Positions 57,383 through 64,000 of a stretch of DNA of 64,000 nt are shown piece by piece. Location of the stretch: the NCBI GenBank assembly GCA_964016885.1, contig OZ024758.1, forward strand, positions 13,020,001 to 13,084,000. Direction: 5' to 3'. The translations under genes and the position numbers were made by a program. Under the pieces are notes generated by a model. That model had not been told where the DNA came from and ran no database searches. It worked only from the letters and a program-made list of their open reading frames with translations. This stretch comes from Eledone cirrhosa (lineage: Eukaryota). Positions within the stretch are counted from its first letter, which is position 1. Every line of letters starts with the position of its first letter.

Positions 57383-57844
57383 ATGTATGTATTTGTGTAT
57401 ATGATAATAACAATAATAACAACAACAACAAGACCGTTGTTTTCACCTATCTCTGCGTTGCTGTGTTGTCCCATACTCATCTTTCCGGCGGTTTTTTCAA
57501 GCAGTCGTGCAATCTTGGGTGGGAGGAAGAGGGCGGGAACGGAGGGGCGAGTGAAAGGGAGGTAGAAGGAAGATAGAGGAGTATAGGAAGAGGAGGGGGG
57601 GAGGAGGAGGAAGAGAGAATAAAAAAGAGAAAAGAGAGAGAAGAGATAGAAAGGAGAGAGAAATAGATACATAGAGATGAGTGGGAAAGAGGTAGCGAGA
57701 GAGGTAGAGAGAAAGAGAGAGACAAGGAGAGAAGGAGACAGAGACAAACAGAGGGAGAGACAGGCAGAGAAATAGATACATAGAGAAGAGAGGGAAAGAG
57801 GTAGAGAGGGAGGTAGAGAGAAAGAGAGAGGGAGACAGAGAGAT

Positions 57845-57897
<53 letters not shown>

Positions 57898-58265
57898 TGG
57901 ACAGGCGGGGACAGGCAGAGAGAGAAACAGCCAAATAGAAAGAGTAAATAAAAAAAATGCGAGAATGACATCGAACAGATAAAGTTTGTATAAAAAGCAA
58001 ACTGGCGGACGTCACAAGGTTTCGGGTGGTAGAAAGATAACTAAATTTATATGGAATTATCACATCATTTCTATTAAGATCTGAAGACAATTGTTTGGTC
58101 GACTTATATTTTCTAAAATGTTATCAAGTGGGACGATTCTTTTTTAGAAAAATGTCATCAAGATAACCTTTTTCAAAGGGAGAATAAAGATATATTAAAA
58201 TAAAGGGGCGGGGAAATATTATTTAAATTTAGTTTTATATATATGTGTGTGTATATATATGTGTG

Positions 58266-58326
<61 letters not shown>

Positions 58327-58554
58327 GCAGGGAGAAAGAGACGATTATTAGGAAGAAGAATATATTTTTTTCCTTTTTTATTACATCTTTTTCTAACCAC
58401 TATGTATTGTTGTTGTTGTTGTTATTGTTGTTGATGCTGGCAGTGACGATGCTGGTACTATTGATGGTGTTACTGATTGTGGTAATGGTTGGATTTAATG
58501 GTGTTAGTTATAATTATTGTGGTGGTGGTGGTGGTGGTGGTGGTTGCTGTGGTG

Positions 58555-60000
58555 GTTGTGGTTGGTGTTAGCTGTAGTTATTGTTGTTGTTGTGGTGGTG
58601 GTGGTAGTGGTGGTTGTGGTTGGTGTTAGCTGTAGTTATTGTTGTTGTTGTTGTTGTGGTGGTGGTGGTAGTGGTGGTTGTGGTTGGTATTAGCTGTAGT
58701 TATTGTTGTTGTGGTGGTGGTGGTGATGGCGGTAGTGGAGGTGGTGGTTGGTGTTAGCTGTAGTTATTGTTGTTGTTGTGGTGGTGGTAGTGGTGGTTGT
58801 GGTTGGTGTTAGCTGCTGTTAGTGTTGTTGTTGTGGTGGTGGTGGTGGTTGGTGTTAGCTGTAGTTATTGTTGTTGTTGTTGTTGTTGTTGTTACTGTTG
58901 TTATTATTGCTATTACTGTTATTGCTGTTATTGTTGTTGTTGTTATTGTTGTTGTTGTTGTTGTTGTTACTGTTGTTATTATTGTTATTACTGTTATTGC
59001 TGTTATTGTTGTTGTTACTGTTGTTATTATTGTTATTACTGTTATTGCTGTTATTGTTGTTGTTACTGTTGTTATTATTGTTATTACTGTTATTGCTTAT
59101 ATTGTTGTTGTTACTGTTGTTGCTGCTGTTGTTGTTATTGCTGTTATTGCTGTTGTTGTTGTTACTGTTGTTATTATTGTTATTACTGTTATTGCTGTTA
59201 TTGTTGTTGTTGTTGTTACTGTTGTTATTGACATAGCCACCATGTTAAGTTTTCTACCATTCTTATCTCACCTCCATATCTACTCTGATGAAAGAAGCAA
59301 TGGTAGAGGTGGCCACTGTAGTGGCTGTTAGGATTGAGAGATGATATTGATGGAACATAGTCTTTACTGTGGCTATTGTGGTCGTTGTGGTTGTGGTGGT
59401 TGTTGTGGTGGTGGTTGTGGTGGTTGTTGTGGTTGTGGTGGTTGTTGTGGTGGCTGTTGTGGTGGTTGTTGTGGTGGTGGTTAGGGTGGTTGTTGTGGTG
59501 GTAGTGGTGGTTGTGGTGGTGGTTGTGGTTATTGTGGGGGTGGTTGTGGTTGCTGTGGTCGTGGTTGTGGTTGTGGTGGTTGTTGTGGTGGTTGTTGTTG
59601 TGGTGGTGATGGTGGTTGTTGTTGTGGTGGTGGTAGTGGTGGTGGTTGTAGTTATTGTGGTGGTTGTGGTTGTTGTGGTTGCTGTGGTCGTGGTTGTGGT
59701 TGTTGTTGTTGTAGTGGTGGTGGTTGTGGTAGTAGTGGTGGTTGTGGTTATTGTGGTGGTGGTTGTGGTTATTGTGGTGGTTGTTGTAGTGGTTGTGGTT
59801 GTTGTTGTTGTTGTAGTGGTGGTGGTTGTGGTTGTAGTGGTGGTTGTGGTTATTGTAGTGGTGGTTGTGGTTATTGTGGTGGTTGTTGTAGTGGTTGTTG
59901 CTGTGGTTGTTGTTGTTGTGGTGGTTGTGGTTGTAGTGGTGGTTGTTGTGGTGGTGGTTGTAATGGATGTGGTTACTACGGTTGTAGTAGTTGTTGTTGT
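58555..60000. repeat. GT-rich compound arrays (ggttggtgttagctgtagtta units; (GTT/ATT)n; (GTG/GTT)n)
   Basis: Seen directly. Confidence 0.9.
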
Positions 60001-60164
60001 AACCATATAATGTTGTAGTTGTGGTTATGGAAAGCTGTAGGTTTACACAGAACAAAAGCGCTACCTAGGGTTTCAAAGCCCAATATTGTCCACATCTCAA
60101 GACTACAAGAGGGATCAAAATTGTGACTTAATCTTCAGGTGCATATACAAGTTTAGAACACTAA

Positions 60165-60345
60165 TAATTGTTTCTACTTTTGGCACAAGACCAGCAAATA
60201 CCCAGTGTATTACTGGTACTTTGTTTTATCGACCTCGTAAGGATGAAAGGCAAAGTTAACCTCGGCGGGATTTGAACTCAGATCATAAAGAGACGTAACT
60301 CTATGCTTCAAAGCATGGCGTCCGACTCTCTACCGATACTGCCAA
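60165..60345 (-). mobile_element. SINE family 1
   Basis: Homology to other copies. Confidence 0.85.
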
Positions 60346-60393
60346 TAGAATACAAATAATATATATATATATATATTTGTGTGAGAGAGGGAG

Positions 60394-60484
60394 GCCCGGG
60401 TTCAATCGGGGTTAACCACAGTTAGTAAGGTACTCAATACATAGACTATATACAAGATTTAATATAGAAATCGCTTCTACAGGG
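60394..60484 (-). mobile_element. Decayed family B 3' part
   Basis: ccgggttcaatcggggttaaccacagttagtaaggtactcaatacatag. Confidence 0.65.
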
Positions 60485-60625
60485 TGAGAATCTACAAACT
60501 GACCAATGAGAATCAAGACTATTCCTGTTGACAACATCAAAATATTCCTAACAAGCTCATATGTCCCAAGGCTCTGATACCATCAACACTATAAATACAG
60601 AGCAGGCATATCTAAGAACTGACTA

Positions 60626-60681
60626 ACTGCCTGATGAGGTCATAGCCATTCAATTGCTATCATCAAAATATATATAGCAGT
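60626..60681 (+). ncRNA. Hammerhead ribozyme with a G12A core mutation (family C-like), probably inactive
   Basis: ACUGC-CUGAUGA-GGU C AUAGC(9 nt)GCUAU C AUC-AAAA-UAUAUA-U-A/GCAGU. Confidence 0.7.
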
Positions 60682-60729
60682 AAATAAAGGATGATTATGA
60701 GTTCATGCAATTGACTTATGTTTCGTCAC

Positions 60730-60854
<125 letters not shown>

Positions 60855-60894
60855 CCAGAATGGTCAACTGAACACAGATGTGCTTTTTCTGTGA

Positions 60895-61070
60895 AAATAT
60901 TTTTTTCCGTTTCTTCCTCTTCCCACTCTCCTTTATCATTCTATTTCTTCTTTTATTTCTCAATCTACCTTTGGATGAAGGACTGACGTCCGAAACGTTA
61001 AGACTCTTTCCCTACTATATATCTTCATTGTATTGTATTGTTTGCTGTTGTTTTCTGTTTACTTTTCGCA
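60895..61070 (+). mobile_element. Family E element with hammerhead remnant (60968-61003, CUGAUGA mutated)
   Basis: UGGAUGA-A-GGAC UGAC GUCC-GAAA-CG-UU/AAGA, AACGUU palindrome. Confidence 0.6.
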
Positions 61071-61074
61071 TATC

Positions 61075-61157
<83 letters not shown>

Positions 61158-61161
61158 CTCC

Positions 61162-61219
<58 letters not shown>

Positions 61220-61223
61220 TATA

Positions 61224-61426
61224 TAGGAATGAGTAGGACCCCGACGGCTGAGCTCAAGCCGTTCCGACGGCTAATTCTGGATTTTAGTCCAGAATTAGCC
61301 GTCGAAAGCGGCTTGAGCTCAGCCGTCGGGGTCCTACTCGTTCCTATTACCCACTCTAGTACCCTAAGTATTGAGTACTTTGGTGCGTTATGGTCGATCT
61401 GGTTCCTTACCACATTTCCTTCGTTA
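61224..61426 (+). mobile_element. Family A fold-back element in (TA)n
   Basis: Arms about 61223-61281 and 61288-61347. Confidence 0.7.
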
Positions 61427-61437
61427 TATATATATAT

Positions 61438-61766
61438 AATAAATCAGGAAAGAAGAGTGACACGGTTTGCTATACAAAAAAGGTTTTTAATCTCATTGCT
61501 GACAATTGTTTCTCTGAACTGGTAGGTCTAGAGATCGCTATCCGCTTATTTTCACGTTACTTGTATAGTAAACCGTGTCACTCTTCTTTCCTGATTTATT
61601 ATTACTCCAAGTGTTTACAACATAGGAATTACAGCGTACTTGCAACATCACTATGGAAACGCCTTGTTGAGTCAAACTTAGCCAAGCGTTGATATCATCC
61701 ACTACCCGGAATACCATAACTGGACTACACCTAAGTGGACTCCCTATAACAATAATTTGTTACCCC

Positions 61767-61768
<2 letters not shown>
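61438..61768 (+). mobile_element. Family G fold-back element in (TA)n, no clear hammerhead
   Basis: 40-bp inverted arms 61438-61478 and 61561-61601, then a unique tail; (TA)n flanks. Confidence 0.5.
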
Positions 61769-61863
<95 letters not shown>

Positions 61864-61967
61864 CACACATATAATCACTTAGACACGTATGTATATATGT
61901 ATAAATAGATAAATTATTGTTGTGTTAACATTATTTTGTTAACACACATATATATATATGTATATAT

Positions 61968-62156
61968 GTAGAAGTTATATTTAATTTGTTGGGATACAAC
62001 AAGCAATTCTTTAAGGGTATGTCAATATTTGTTTATAAAACTGATCTATATTATATTTTATCTGATGAAAGCGCACCATAATTTGCTTTGGTGTCCTTGA
62101 AATATGTATAATGAAATAAATATGGTTTTATAAATATAGTTTCCATTTGTTAATAT

Positions 62157-62160
<4 letters not shown>
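61968..62160 (+). mobile_element. Family C element with hammerhead (62054-62118), preceded by an inverted copy of its 3' terminus
   Basis: UAUUUUAU-CUGAUGA-AAG C GCACC(12 nt)GGUGU C CUU-GAAA-UAUGUA-U-A/AUGAAAUA; 61968-62004 is the reverse complement of the terminus at about 23727-23760. Confidence 0.72.
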
Positions 62161-62193
<33 letters not shown>

Positions 62194-62438
62194 AAGAGGG
62201 AGAGGGAGAGAGAGAGGAGGGATAGATAGATAGATAGAGGTATATGTATGTGTATATATATATATATATATGTATGTAAGTGTGTATGTATGAAGATATA
62301 TTTATAAATTACTTCTACTAATATGTTTTTTCCTCTTCAATCTTGTTCCTTTTCTCATTCTCTCTATTCCTAATATATTTCCTTTCCTCTCTTTCTCTCT
62401 CTAGCCTTTTCCTCCTCACTCATCTCTTTCTTTCTCTA

Positions 62439-62479
<41 letters not shown>

Positions 62480-62688
62480 CTATCTATCTCCCCCTCTATT
62501 CCCACCACCACCACCACTACGACATTCACCTTCATTTTTCCCTCTTTCTCTCACTATCTTTTTCCTTCTCTCACTTTCTCTCTCACTATCTCCATCTTCT
62601 CTATTCTGCGGCACCATCACCACCACCACCACCACCACCGCCAACACACTGCCACTCCAAACTCACCTTGTTCTCTTTCTCTTCATCT

Positions 62689-62755
<67 letters not shown>

Positions 62756-62946
62756 ATCTCCACCTCCTCAATTCTCATCCCCTCCCGACACCCCCACCAC
62801 TCTTCACTCTTTCTCTGTCTACCCTTTTCCTTCTCTCTCTCCCTCTCTCTCTCCCTCTCTCTCTCTCCCTTTCTATCTATCTATCTACCCCTTTCCCTCT
62901 CTCTCTCTCTCTCTCTTTCTATCTATCTATCTATCTACCCTTTTCC

Positions 62947-62977
<31 letters not shown>

Positions 62978-63373
62978 TATATCCACCTCCTCTATTCTCC
63001 CCCACCGCCACCACCAACCTTCACTCACCTTCTTCACTTTCAATACAAATTTCAATGCACCTTTCCCTTTCTTCCTGATGAGATTTCCACCACCTACACC
63101 CCCTACACCATCACCACCCTCCCCTTACACACACACACCCCCACACCACCATACGCCCCCCACCACCCCCTACACCCCCTTCCTCCCCCCACATACTCTC
63201 GTTATCTTACGAAGCTCGATATATGTTTGCCTGTTCTTTCTTTGCCTTGGAAATATGGCATCAATGTTATTAGCAATTTGTTTGACATTGTAAACCTGAT
63301 CAGGTCATTTGTCTCAGTTCACCTGGCCGAGTAATTGCCCCTTGCTGTCCTGAACTGGTAGCTCGTGACGGCT

Positions 63374-63390
63374 CTGACCCCTGGCGGTCA
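63374..63390 (-). promoter_or_regulatory. CTCF-like motif in a unique, CpG-richer island
   Basis: Minus strand TGACCGCCAGGGGTCAG; one mismatch in the GGC core. Confidence 0.3.
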
Positions 63391-63956
63391 CTTCTGACGT
63401 TAACAGCACTTGCATAAATTCGTCTAACAGCAAACACATTGGCATAATCATTATTCAAATTGAAGCTTTAGATAATTGCAATTTTACGGGTGACGCCGAA
63501 TGTCGTATTGGTCACGAATGCAGGATTGAGAAATAAAGGCCTTTTCATTACGAAACAGTGGTTGTAAATTTGAAGATGAATAAGTGAAAAATCGCCATCT
63601 TTCAACCCAGTGTTTCGACTTTAAGAAAAGGCATTTTACATTGGATAGTGGTAAGGAAGATCGTTTGCATCAATCAATCATAGCTTCATTGCTGGCGAAG
63701 TTGAAAACCCTTTCTTGCAACGACATAAGCTAGTGAAGCCGTTATTGAACAAGGTATATCTTCTTCACATACTTGCTATAAGTATATAAGTGTTGTATTG
63801 TTAAATAGATACATGTAAAGAAGTACGGTGTTATTATAGAAGGTTTAAAGACACCTGTAATACAGAATAGAGAGACGTGTAATGATAATAACTATATAGA
63901 AGTTTCCTGCTCTTGCGCGGAGCAAGGAGCGGAAAAGTGGATGACGTATATATATG

Positions 63957-64000
<44 letters not shown>

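Noticed and set aside
60495-60600. Penelope GIY-YIG C-terminal coding remnant upstream of the hammerhead
   Set aside because: Translation is too short and degenerate to support

Overview
Eukaryotic, AT-rich DNA dominated by microsatellites. The repeat families and SSR density suggest an octopus or other coleoid cephalopod genome (inference). I found no intact protein-coding gene; nearly all supplied ORFs are translations of (TA)n, (CA)n, (GA)n, (CAT)n, (CAC)n or (GTT)n. Interspersed repeats: about 11 copies of a tRNA-headed SINE with a Meta-type core, two copies of a second tRNA SINE (one with a triplicated head), four copies of a short non-autonomous RTE-LINE derivative, an RTE 3' fragment with a 4x ~98-bp internal amplification, a Tx1/L1-like 3' end inside (GATA)n, a decayed hAT/Charlie transposase with its TIR, and a two-domain 73-bp/41-bp minisatellite. 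The most striking feature is at least five or six families of short (~120-450 bp) non-coding elements, mostly in (TA)n tracts. They carry minimal type-I hammerhead ribozymes: about 11 near-intact cores and about 7 decayed ones, folded by hand. Several are fold-back palindromes whose turn-around lies at the ribozyme, and one group shows stem-II covariation around a conserved C-pyrimidine mismatch. This looks like a Penelope-like-element or retrozyme-type system targeting TA microsatellites. Unique-sequence islands carry repeated YY1/Pho-like and CTCF-like motifs.
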